DNA from: Nitrososphaerota archaeon
GTDB taxonomy: Archaea > Thermoproteota > Nitrososphaeria_A > Caldarchaeales > Calditenuaceae
DNA: 64,000 nucleotides
Assembly (NCBI GenBank): GCA_041641295.1
Contig: JBEPYO010000001.1
Coordinates: forward strand, 1,241,006-1,305,005
Direction: 5' to 3'
Positions 54,302 through 63,143 of the stretch are shown piece by piece. How positions within the stretch are numbered: the stretch's first letter is position 1; each line of letters starts with the position of its first letter. A program made the position numbers and the translations under genes. The notes under the pieces were generated by a model. That model was not told the DNA's origin, made no database searches, and saw only the letters and a list, made by a program, of their open reading frames with translations.

Positions 54302-56617
54302 TCACGCTTGGCTCGTCTCTTGACTGTCCCGCCTGGATGCTAGAGGCCTCCTAGCTATGACCACTCCAACCCACAACCCAATCGCAACGCCTGCAAGACC
54401 GGCCACTATCAACCATGCAATGTCAGGCGCGGGTGCTGGCTGTCCTTCCTGCACGGGCCTCCCCTCACTACTTGATTTTAGGGACTCGCTGATTCCTTTG
54501 ACCTCCGTCAAGAGGTTTTGGAGGAGCTGTCTATCCGACTCGAGGGCGCTGATACGCTCCGCCAAGTTGTTGAACCCAAACTCAATATAGAAACTAGCAA
54601 TAGCGAAGTTGCCCGTCTGGTCATAAGCCACCACCGTCTGCGGCCCCTCCGAAGTCAGTGGCGTGAATATCCGTGCTGTGAAGGAGCCCTCCTCACTCGT
54701 CTTAGTGTATGCAACAACGCTCCCCCCGAGCTCAATGTAGATGTTGGAGTCGGGCTGGAAGTTTGAGCCAACTATCGTTATGTCTCGGCCAGCGACGCCG
54801 CTGGGCGGTGAGACGAAGATTGAGGGAGCGGTCATAGCCCTCCTCCTAGCGAAGGCTATCTTCTGGTTTAGGCCGGTGAATTCTCCCAGCCTGCAGTCCG
54901 CCCACACCATGTATACGTCATCGGCTGTAGCTTTTATCGAGAAGTAGTCCCCGATAAATGCGCCGCCGGGGAATCCGAAGTTGGGGTTACTGTAAGAGTC
55001 CGTGACCCTCGCGCTCCCAACCCTCTGGCCGAGCTCGGGTATTTCGAACCCCCACGTCTCTCCCTTGTCGCTGGACCTAGTATAATATATGTGGTATTTC
55101 GTCTCAACGGGGTCATCCCTCATATCACCCCACATCACGTGAATAACGCCGTTTGGGTCTACCGCTATGGATGGATAGAACTGGAGCCTGCTAGTCTCGT
55201 CGTCATTGAGCCTCTTTGGCTGTGACCATGTGGCTCCGCGGTCGAGGCTTCGAACAAAGTAGATATCACCGTCATCGAGTGGCTTGTCGGCTGGGCGGCC
55301 GGCGAATACGATGTAAACCTCTCCTCCAGGGCCTATGGCGACTTGTGGGAAGGAGGAGCCCCAGTTCCTGAAGGCCGCGTTTCGCGGAGTGAAGCCGACC
55401 TCGTTAAAGATGGCTGCCCTTACTGGTCTGCTCCAGCTCCTTCCCCCATCGTCGCTGAATGTCACGTGTATCTCTCCTAGCCCCATCGCGCTATCGTCGT
55501 CCAGCGTGTCTAGCCAGGCGACGTACACCCTCCCGTCGGGTGCAACTGCCGGCTGAGAACCTTGGACCACCCGCCTCTGAGTTGTCTCTGTCCCGAACCC
55601 TCTGACAACAACGGGGCTGACTTGGATAGGCGATGTCATCACCGTGAAGTCCGTCGAGGATTTGACCAGCTTGATGACTGACTCAATCCTTGGGTTTCCT
55701 AGGAATACGAGCTCTTCGACGTAGAATATGTCCCATACGACGGAGAACTCTGTGTATGTTACGTATATTGCGTCTCTAGTGGGGTCTGCCTTGTCGGGGC
55801 CTACTGTCATCCAAGGCTTGTCGAGGAATGAGAATGCTATGCTTCCCCTCAGCCTCCCCCTCTCATCGTATCCTATATTCCTGAAGGTGATTCCACTCCT
55901 AGCCACTGAGACCGGCTCAGACCAAGTGAACCCTCCATCCACGCTCTTGGAAACTATTATGCTTGAGACTATCTCCTCGGCTACTGCCGCACCTATCCTA
56001 AACTCCTCCACACCGATGGATATTGATGAGAAGTAGGCATTCCCATCTCTGTCAAAGGCTACTACAGGGTCTCCACCAGACCCTATGTCATCCCTCAAGT
56101 ATCTTATCTGGCGCGGGCCTATCCACGTCTCCCCCCCGTCCAAGCTAACATAGGCGCTGACCCCGGCGAAGTTGTAGTCTATGACACCTACGAGCAAGTG
56201 GCTAGGGTTCTTCGGATTCACGGCGATGTGGGGCTCCGTCTGGACCGGAGCCCTGCTGAAGTCCCGTGTTATTAGAATGTTCCTGCTGAAGGCCGGTGCA
56301 GGGCTTCTGAATGGGACCAGTACTCCCGCAGCCCCCGGCGCCTGCAGGGCTAATGGGCCTGGGCCGAGCCCTCCTCCCTCCGCCTCAGCCCTCCTCCCTC
56401 CAGGCTCCTCACCCGTCTCGCCTAGCCTCAGCAACGGGTCTTCCCCACGCGCTACTACGCCCAGCCTTCCCGTCAAGAGTTTTGAGACGAGTTTAGTTGA
56501 CTGAAACTCTATCCTCGCTCCGCCGCCTAGATTAGCCTCTTGGAGGGAAAGGGCTACTGGTAGTACTAACGCAATTGCCATGAATATTGCGAGTATAGGT
56601 GCTGCTAGCCTCTGCAT
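54302..56617 (-). CDS. surface-anchored BNR/Asp-box repeat beta-propeller protein with IPT/TIG domain
   Basis: Five Asp-boxes (SLDGGETW, SVDGGFTW, SDDGGRSW, SLDRGATW, SSDKGETW), FRSP upstream of the first, an IPT-like PPSGVAGRDITIVGSNF, a coiled coil, and a C-terminal TM. ATG 56617 (MQRLAAPILAIF) is preferred from TATA spacing. ATG 56635 is also possible. Confidence 0.75.
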   Translation of the reverse strand: MQRLAAPILAIFMAIALVLPVALSLQEANLGGGARIEFQSTKLVSKLLTGRLGVVARGEDPLLRLGETGEEPGGRRAEAEGGGLGPGPLALQAPGAAGVLVPFRSPAPAFSRNILITRDFSRAPVQTEPHIAVNPKNPSHLLVGVIDYNFAGVSAYVSLDGGETWIGPRQIRYLRDDIGSGGDPVVAFDRDGNAYFSSISIGVEEFRIGAAVAEEIVSSIIVSKSVDGGFTWSEPVSVARSGITFRNIGYDERGRLRGSIAFSFLDKPWMTVGPDKADPTRDAIYVTYTEFSVVWDIFYVEELVFLGNPRIESVIKLVKSSTDFTVMTSPIQVSPVVVRGFGTETTQRRVVQGSQPAVAPDGRVYVAWLDTLDDDSAMGLGEIHVTFSDDGGRSWSRPVRAAIFNEVGFTPRNAAFRNWGSSFPQVAIGPGGEVYIVFAGRPADKPLDDGDIYFVRSLDRGATWSQPKRLNDDETSRLQFYPSIAVDPNGVIHVMWGDMRDDPVETKYHIYYTRSSDKGETWGFEIPELGQRVGSARVTDSYSNPNFGFPGGAFIGDYFSIKATADDVYMVWADCRLGEFTGLNQKIAFARRRAMTAPSIFVSPPSGVAGRDITIVGSNFQPDSNIYIELGGSVVAYTKTSEEGSFTARIFTPLTSEGPQTVVAYDQTGNFAIASFYIEFGFNNLAERISALESDRQLLQNLLTEVKGISESLKSSSEGRPVQEGQPAPAPDIAWLIVAGLAGVAIGLWVGVVIARRPLASRRDSQETSQA

Positions 56618-56714
56618 GTTATAAAAACGCAACATACAGCCCTATTAACGTATAGCCATCTAACACTTAGTCTTAAGTAGCCGTTATGCCGACATAGGCT
56701 ATGAGGTCTGAGCC

Positions 56715-57641
56715 ATGAGGATTGTTAGGATCCAAACACCGCGTGGAGGTGCTAGACTGGGGGTCGTGGTTGATGATGAGGTGGTTCTGCTGCCCGAGAG
56801 TCGCTACGGCTCAGGGAGAGGCATTCTAACACTCTTCCGCGAGGCCGCGCGGAAGGGTATGAGTGTGGCCCAGTATCTGGAGCGGAGGCTAAGCGTGGGT
56901 GGGAGGTTGAAGAGGATCGGCTACTCTGATGTCGCTGAGGGCAGGCTAAAGGGCTTCCGCCTCCTGATCCCCATCGTTCCGCCTGAGGTCTGGGGTGCTG
57001 GTGTAACATATCTCAGGAGTCGGGAAGCCCGTGAATACGAGACAAAGGCTAAGGGGATCTACGACCTCGTATACGAGGCCGAGCGGCCAGAGATCTTCTT
57101 CAAGGCCACACCCTCCCGCTGCGTCGGGCCAGGTGATGTCGCATACATACGTGGCGACTCGAAATGGTCTGTGCCTGAGCCGGAGCTGGCGCTGGTCCTC
57201 GGCCCAAGACACGAGATAATAGGATACACTGTAGGCAACGACATCTCGGCCAGAGACATCGAGGGCGAAAACCCCCTCTACCTGCCCCAGGCCAAGATCT
57301 ACAAGGGAAGCTGTGCGCTGGGCCCGGCAATAGCCCTGCCTGAAACGGTTGGAGACCCCAAAAACCTCAAGATCGAGATGAGGATTCTACGGGGAGGGTC
57401 TGAGGTCTTCAGAGGCTCTGTGAGCACTTCGAGCATGAAGAGGGGGTTGGATGAGCTTGTAGGCTTCCTGACCAGGGACAATGTCATCCCCGCAGGCACC
57501 GTGTTGCTGACTGGGACTGGAATAGTTCCTCCGGACGAGTTCACGCTAGAGAGTGGGGATGTGGTGGAGATAGAGATTGAGAAGATTGGTCTGCTTCGGA
57601 ACAGGATTGAGCGGCTTAGTAGCCGAGGTAGACGGTCTTAA
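56715..57641 (+). CDS. FAH-family 2-keto-3-deoxy-pentonate dehydratase (KdaD-like)
   Basis: 308 aa. PPEVWGAGVTY, RPEIFFKATPSRCVGPG, PEPELALVL and ENPLYLPQAKIY closely match what I recall of Saccharolobus solfataricus KdaD. Confidence 0.75.
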   Translation: MRIVRIQTPRGGARLGVVVDDEVVLLPESRYGSGRGILTLFREAARKGMSVAQYLERRLSVGGRLKRIGYSDVAEGRLKGFRLLIPIVPPEVWGAGVTYLRSREAREYETKAKGIYDLVYEAERPEIFFKATPSRCVGPGDVAYIRGDSKWSVPEPELALVLGPRHEIIGYTVGNDISARDIEGENPLYLPQAKIYKGSCALGPAIALPETVGDPKNLKIEMRILRGGSEVFRGSVSTSSMKRGLDELVGFLTRDNVIPAGTVLLTGTGIVPPDEFTLESGDVVEIEIEKIGLLRNRIERLSSRGRRS

Positions 57642-59073
57642 TCTTGGTGTAGAAGTCTAGGGCGGCCTCGCCCTGCTCCTTAATCATCCCAAAGCTAGAT
57701 TTCTTGAATCCTCCGAACGGTACGTGAGGCTCCAACCCAGTTGTCGGCTTGTTTATCTTGACAACACCTGCCTGTACACGGTTAATGAACTCGAAAGCCC
57801 TCGGCAGGCTCCTCGTGAATATAGAGGCTGACAGACCGTACTCGATCTTGTTTGCCATCTCCACAGCCTCGTCGAAGTTTTTGGCGCGCATAATCGCTAG
57901 GACCGGCCCGAATATCTCTTCCTGTGCTATCCTCATGTCCGTAGTGACATCTGTGAATATGGTGGGCTCCAAAAAGTATCCCTTAGAGTGTTCCGGCCCT
58001 GTGAGCCTCTTTCCACCTAGGACCAGTTTAGCCCCCTCTTCAACTCCTATACGAATATAGTCGAGAATCTTGTTCATCTCCTTCTCACCTACAACAGGCC
58101 CCATCTCAACACCCTCCGCAAGACCGTTGCCAACCTTAATCCTCTTGACACGCTCGACAAGTTTCCTCTCAAACTCCTCGGCCACGTTTTCAAGAACTAT
58201 TGCTCGGCTGGTTGCTGTGCAGGCCTGCCCCGTCAGGCCGAAGGCTCCTCTAACCACCATCTCAACCGCCCTCCCCATATCCGCATCGTCTAGAATCACT
58301 GCCGGGTTTTTACCACCCAGCTCCAACTGAATCCTTACGTTTCTTCCGCCAGCAGCCCTCTTAATCTCCTCACCAACCTCGAGCGACCCTGTGAAGGATA
58401 TCGCATCCACCTTCGGGCTCTCGATTAGCTCTGCGCCTACAGTCGAGCCGGGGCCTGTGATAAAGTTGAGGACTCCGGGCGGCAGGCCTGCGCGGTGGAG
58501 GGCGTCGACTATCCTATAGCCTATTAGTGGGGTGTAGCTTGCCGGCTTGAAGACTACTGCGTTGCCCGAAATGAGTGCTGGTGCGATCTTCCAGGAGGGT
58601 ATGGCTATTGGGAAGTTCCAGGGGGTTATGATGGAGACTACCCCTAGGGGTTCTCGGAGGGTGAATAGGTGTGTGTTGGGCTCGGCAGAAGGTGTGAACT
58701 CTCCCCTCAATCTATAGCCCATCACCCCATAGAATCTGAAGATGCTTACAGCCCTGGCGACCTCGGCCCTGCTCTCAGCCAGCGTCTTCCCCTCCTCCCT
58801 AGTCAGGACCCTAGCCAGCTCGTCAGCCTCATCCTCAAGTATCTGCGCCGCTTTAACTAGAATCCTTCCCCTCTCGGGGGCTGGGGTTGAAGCCCATTTA
58901 ACCTGGGCCTCTCTCGCAGCGTCGATGGCCCTCGCGGCATCGTCCCTAGACAGTTGGGGGAACTCTGCGACTACCTCGCCTGTGTCTGCGGGGTTGATGT
59001 CTTTGAATGTCTTGCCGTCAGGTGAAAAAATCTTCTCCCCTCCAATAATACATGGATAGAGGTGCCCAGCCAA
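57616..59073 (-). CDS. NAD(P)+ aldehyde dehydrogenase (2,5-dioxopentanoate / alpha-ketoglutarate semialdehyde dehydrogenase-like)
   Basis: 485 aa with ITPWNFP, FTGS, ELGGKNP (Glu), GQACTATSR (Cys) and EEIFGPV. TTG start about 27 nt from a TATA. It overlaps the KdaD-like 3' end by 26 nt, convergently. Confidence 0.85.
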   Translation of the reverse strand: MAGHLYPCIIGGEKIFSPDGKTFKDINPADTGEVVAEFPQLSRDDAARAIDAAREAQVKWASTPAPERGRILVKAAQILEDEADELARVLTREEGKTLAESRAEVARAVSIFRFYGVMGYRLRGEFTPSAEPNTHLFTLREPLGVVSIITPWNFPIAIPSWKIAPALISGNAVVFKPASYTPLIGYRIVDALHRAGLPPGVLNFITGPGSTVGAELIESPKVDAISFTGSLEVGEEIKRAAGGRNVRIQLELGGKNPAVILDDADMGRAVEMVVRGAFGLTGQACTATSRAIVLENVAEEFERKLVERVKRIKVGNGLAEGVEMGPVVGEKEMNKILDYIRIGVEEGAKLVLGGKRLTGPEHSKGYFLEPTIFTDVTTDMRIAQEEIFGPVLAIMRAKNFDEAVEMANKIEYGLSASIFTRSLPRAFEFINRVQAGVVKINKPTTGLEPHVPFGGFKKSSFGMIKEQGEAALDFYTKIKTVYLGY

Positions 59074-59160
59074 TTCGTATCTATGAAAGCAAAGCCTGAT
59101 AAAAATCCTTCATAGAGGATGGGAATTCTTTAATATACGCACAGTGGTTCATCTGGCGAG

Positions 59161-60855
59161 ATGTCAGGGTCTGGAAAAGGTGCTGTCCATAGTGTTGAGC
59201 GTTTTGCAGGAGTACTTAATGCGCCGCATAGGTCGTTCCTCTGGTCTATAGGCCTTGACCCCAGCGATATTGGTAAGCCTCTGGCAGGCGTGGTTGTGGC
59301 TTGGAGCGAGTCTGGTCCATGCAACTTCCACACCCTAAACCTCATCGGCTACGTCAAGCAGGGGCTTCGCGATGCTGGGTGTGTGGGGCTTGCAATGCCC
59401 ACCATAGTGGTGAATGATAACATATCGATGGGGACGGATGGCATGAGGTATAGTCTCGTCAGCAGGGAGGTGATAGCGGACAGTGTGGAGGCCCAGATAG
59501 TCGCCCACGCATATGATGGCTTCGTCGGGATAGGTGGGTGCGACAAGACCCAGCCCGGAATAATGATGGCCATGGCGAGGATCAACAGACCCTCAATATA
59601 CATGTACGGCGGCTCAGCCGAGCCTGGCTTCATCGGGGAGAAGAAGTTCACGATCGAGGATGTCCACGAGTATGTGGGCGCCTATATTAGTGGGAAGGTC
59701 TCAGAGCAGGAGCTTCTTCAGGTCGAGATGGTCGCACACCCCACCTACGGAGCATGTGCAGGCCTCTTCACTGCCAATACGATGGCACTCCTGAGTGAGG
59801 GATTGGGCCTAGCATTACTCGGAAGCTCAAGTCCAACAGCAACCTCCTCAAGGAGAGCGATCTTCGCCTACGAGACAGGCAAGGCTCTTGGCACCCTCCT
59901 AGAGAACGGGATCAAGCCCCGGGACATCCTGACGTACGAGGCGTTCAGAAACGCAGCTACACTTCTCATGGCTTCAGGCGGCTCGACAAACGGTATACTC
60001 CACCTCCTAGCACTAGCCTACGAGGCTGGGGTCAAGTTCACCTTGGACGACTTCGACGAGATCTCCAAGAAAACCCCATACATCCTCAGCATGAGGCCGG
60101 CTGGAGAATATGTCATGGCCGACCTTGACAGGGTAGGTGGCGCCCCACTCCTCCTCAAGAAGCTGCTTGATGCAGGGCTCATAGACGGAGACGTTCTGAC
60201 AGTCTCTGGGAAGACACTGTCCCAGAGCCTGCGGGAGTACAGACTACCCAATGTCCCCCACGAACACATAGTCCGAGACCCCTCGAAGCCGATTAAGAAG
60301 ACGGGTGGTATCCGGATACTGAGGGGGTCACTGGCTCCTGAGGGCGCGGTTGTGAAGACCGCGGCTACGGGTGTTACGAGGTTTGAGGGGCCTGCACGGG
60401 TCTTTGACGACGAGGACCCCGCCTTCGAGGCGATAAGAAAAGGGATTGTGAGGGAGGGCGAGGTGTTGGTCATCCGGTATGTAGGGCCTAAGGGCGCGCC
60501 TGGCATGCCTGAGATGCTGAGGGTTACGGCCGCCCTCTCAGGGGCTGGGCTCGGAGAGTCCGTCGCCATGGTTACTGACGGCAGGTTCAGTGGCGCAACA
60601 CGGGGCATCATGATAGGTCATGTGGCTCCAGAGGCGGCTTCGGGTGGGCCGATAGCCCTAGTAAAGGACGGGGACAGGATACTGATAGATACTGAGGCCG
60701 GGAGGCTAGACCTGCTGGTATCTGAGGAAGAGTTGGAGCGTAGAAAGAAGGACTTCAAGCCGAAACCACCAAAAGCCACTTCAGGACTCCTAGCAAAATA
60801 CGCCTCCCTCGTCGCCTCGGCTTCGATGGGAGCAGTAACAATACCGCGCCTCTAG
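59161..60855 (+). CDS. ilvD: dihydroxy-acid dehydratase (IlvD/Edd family)
   Basis: 564 aa with [35 protein letters not shown] and GHVAPEA. Leaderless geometry (TATA TTTAATATA about 27 nt upstream). Confidence 0.9.
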   Translation: MSGSGKGAVHSVERFAGVLNAPHRSFLWSIGLDPSDIGKPLAGVVVAWSESGPCNFHTLNLIGYVKQGLRDAGCVGLAMPTIVVNDNISMGTDGMRYSLVSREVIADSVEAQIVAHAYDGFVGIGGCDKTQPGIMMAMARINRPSIYMYGGSAEPGFIGEKKFTIEDVHEYVGAYISGKVSEQELLQVEMVAHPTYGACAGLFTANTMALLSEGLGLALLGSSSPTATSSRRAIFAYETGKALGTLLENGIKPRDILTYEAFRNAATLLMASGGSTNGILHLLALAYEAGVKFTLDDFDEISKKTPYILSMRPAGEYVMADLDRVGGAPLLLKKLLDAGLIDGDVLTVSGKTLSQSLREYRLPNVPHEHIVRDPSKPIKKTGGIRILRGSLAPEGAVVKTAATGVTRFEGPARVFDDEDPAFEAIRKGIVREGEVLVIRYVGPKGAPGMPEMLRVTAALSGAGLGESVAMVTDGRFSGATRGIMIGHVAPEAASGGPIALVKDGDRILIDTEAGRLDLLVSEEELERRKKDFKPKPPKATSGLLAKYASLVASASMGAVTIPRL

Positions 60856-60862
60856 AACAGGA

Positions 60863-61888
60863 ATGTACAGGATATCTGTAATCCCAGGTGACGGTATAGG
60901 CCCAGCAGTCACGGGCCAAGCGGTCAGGATAGTCGAAGAACTTGCCTCCAGGATGGGCTTCGGAGTAGAGTTCGTTGAGGCGCCGGCCGGAGACAGGGTT
61001 GCCGCCGAGACCGGCAAAGCCCTCCCCCCAGACTCCCTGAAGAAAATAACGGCCTCGGACGCCTGCCTGAAGGGCCCAGTAGGAGAGACGGCCAGGGACG
61101 TGATAGTATTCCTCAGGCAGAAGCTCGACCTATACGCCAACATAAGGCCCTTCAAGACGTACAGGGGTGTCAAAACTCACTGGAGCGGAGTGGACTTCGT
61201 CATAGTTAGGGAGAACACGGAGGACCTCTACAAGGGCGTCGAGGATGTGGGGCGAGACCATGCGGTGTCTCTACTCGTAGTCACGCGGTTTGGCACTGAG
61301 CGCATAGCGCGGGTCGCCTTGAACATGGCTAATGAGAGGCGGAGGAAGGTCACAATAGTGCACAAGGCAAATGTCCTCTCCTCTTACAGGTTTTTCCGCG
61401 ATGTAGCCTTCGAGGTGCTCAGGGAGGGTGGGCTAGCAGTGGACGAGATGTATGTTGACAATGCGGCCTACCAGATGGTCGTCAACCCCACGATATTCGA
61501 CGTGATCCTCACGCCCAACATGTTTGGGGATATTCTTTCAGACTTGGCTGCAGGTATTACCGGCTCCATCGGCTTAGCGGGTTCTGCCAACGTTGGTGAG
61601 AAGATGGGGGTTTTCGAGCCGGTGCACGGCTCCGCGCCCGGCCTCAACCCGGAATACGCGAACCCGATAGCCACGATACTCTCGGCATCATACATGCTCG
61701 GCTGGCTTGGAATGTCGCGGCGCGACGAGAGGCTCTCCCGCGCCTCAAAGGCGGTTGAGAGGGCTGTGGAATCCATCCTGGACGAGGGGAGGGTTCTTAC
61801 ACCTGACCTCGGGGGGAGCGCTAGGGGGAGAGAGGTCTCAGGCGCCATACTGAATAAGGCGCTCCAATACCTAGACATGGAGAAGTAA
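60863..61888 (+). CDS. leuB: 3-isopropylmalate dehydrogenase (beta-decarboxylating dehydrogenase family)
   Basis: 341 aa with VIPGDGIGP, LYANIRP, VRENTEDLY, NMFGDILSDLAA and GSAPGL. Confidence 0.9.
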   Translation: MYRISVIPGDGIGPAVTGQAVRIVEELASRMGFGVEFVEAPAGDRVAAETGKALPPDSLKKITASDACLKGPVGETARDVIVFLRQKLDLYANIRPFKTYRGVKTHWSGVDFVIVRENTEDLYKGVEDVGRDHAVSLLVVTRFGTERIARVALNMANERRRKVTIVHKANVLSSYRFFRDVAFEVLREGGLAVDEMYVDNAAYQMVVNPTIFDVILTPNMFGDILSDLAAGITGSIGLAGSANVGEKMGVFEPVHGSAPGLNPEYANPIATILSASYMLGWLGMSRRDERLSRASKAVERAVESILDEGRVLTPDLGGSARGREVSGAILNKALQYLDMEK

Positions 61889-62574
61889 TGCGCCTACTCG
61901 CCCTCTACACTGGTGGAAAAGACTCGACGCTTTCTCTCCACATGGCCCGGGAGGCCGGGCACGAGATAGCACTGCTCGTTACCGCACGCTCATTAGAGAG
62001 GGACTCGTGGATGTTCCACACCACCTGTATAGGGGTCCAACACCTTCAGGCCAAGGCGATGGGCCTAGAGCACAGATACGTCGACGTCAGTGGGAGAAAG
62101 GAGGCTGAGGTCCAGGAGCTCTGCGAGGCTTTGCGAGGCCTCGTGAAGGAATACGGCGTAGAAGGATTGCTCAGCGGTGGACTGGCAAGCAGGTATCAGC
62201 GCGATAGGATCGAGTGGCTTGCGGGGCGTCTAGGTCTAAAGCATGTCGCGCCCTGCTGGGGGATGGGGCCTCGCGAAGTCATGAGCGAGGTACTGGCTAG
62301 GGGATACTACGTCATGATAGTGGCGGTGAGTGCCCATGGACTTGGCCCCGAGTGGCTGGGCAGGCGGCTGGACCGCGAGTCTGTTGAGCTGCTCGCCACA
62401 CTCTCCGAGCGCCATGGATTCAATTTGGCAGGTGAGGGTGGAGAGTATGAAACCCTCGTCCTAGATGCGCCCTTCTTCAGTGATTCGTTGCGGATAGAGG
62501 CTGAGCCGGTCTGGCTCGGTGACAGGGGATATCTCAGGCTTATAAAGGCCTCACTCACCCCTAAGATCTCTTAA
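61888..62574 (+). CDS. diphthine--ammonia ligase (Dph6/MJ0570-type PP-loop ATPase)
   Basis: 228 aa with ALYTGGKDS PP-loop, SGGLASRYQRDRIE and GEGGEYETLVLDAPFF. The ATG overlaps the leuB stop. Confidence 0.8.
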   Translation: MRLLALYTGGKDSTLSLHMAREAGHEIALLVTARSLERDSWMFHTTCIGVQHLQAKAMGLEHRYVDVSGRKEAEVQELCEALRGLVKEYGVEGLLSGGLASRYQRDRIEWLAGRLGLKHVAPCWGMGPREVMSEVLARGYYVMIVAVSAHGLGPEWLGRRLDRESVELLATLSERHGFNLAGEGGEYETLVLDAPFFSDSLRIEAEPVWLGDRGYLRLIKASLTPKIS

Positions 62575-63078
62575 AATTGTGTATGTGAGCCCCCAAACGA
62601 CGACGTCACCCCAGATATAGGCGTCGACCTCAGCCAAGCCACGGGACGTCTCCACCATACGTCTACCCTTCTCCAGCCCATATAGCGGCGCCCACCTGTA
62701 GTCCTCCAGCTCCTCCGCAAGCCTGACAGGCAGCCTCTCCGAGGCTAGGAAGACCAGAGGATAGACCGTCAGCTCAGGCCTATTTCTCGGACTCCTAGGC
62801 GTAAGCCAGCCCAGCAGCCTCAGATCCTTAGACTCTATACTCACCTCCTCCCAGACCTCCCTAAGAGCAGTATCGAGCAGATTACCGTCCAACTCCTTCC
62901 AAAACCCGCCTGGAAGCGCCCAATGCCCGCTCCAAGGATCTCCAGCCCTATACCCCCTCTTTACGAGGAGAACATCACCGTCCTCAGTCAATATTGCCGA
63001 GACCGCGCACTCCCTCCGACCACCAGTCGGAGCAACATCGCGTTTAACGAGTGGGAGGCGGGTAATCCAGTCAACCAC
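62551..63078 (-). CDS. Nudix hydrolase (CoA pyrophosphatase-like)
   Basis: 175 aa with Nudix box PGGFWKELDGNLLDTALREVWEEVSI and a VVWGLTYTIL tail. Confidence 0.85.
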   Translation of the reverse strand: MVDWITRLPLVKRDVAPTGGRRECAVSAILTEDGDVLLVKRGYRAGDPWSGHWALPGGFWKELDGNLLDTALREVWEEVSIESKDLRLLGWLTPRSPRNRPELTVYPLVFLASERLPVRLAEELEDYRWAPLYGLEKGRRMVETSRGLAEVDAYIWGDVVVWGLTYTILRDLRGE

Positions 63079-63143
63079 TCTAATAAACTCTGAAAGGAAT
63101 ATTATTTTAGGATGAATGGGCCTATCTTGATTTAGGCCTGGTT

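Noticed and set aside
60018-60611. 197-aa ORF on the minus strand
   Set aside because: It is antisense to ilvD and has shadow-ORF composition.
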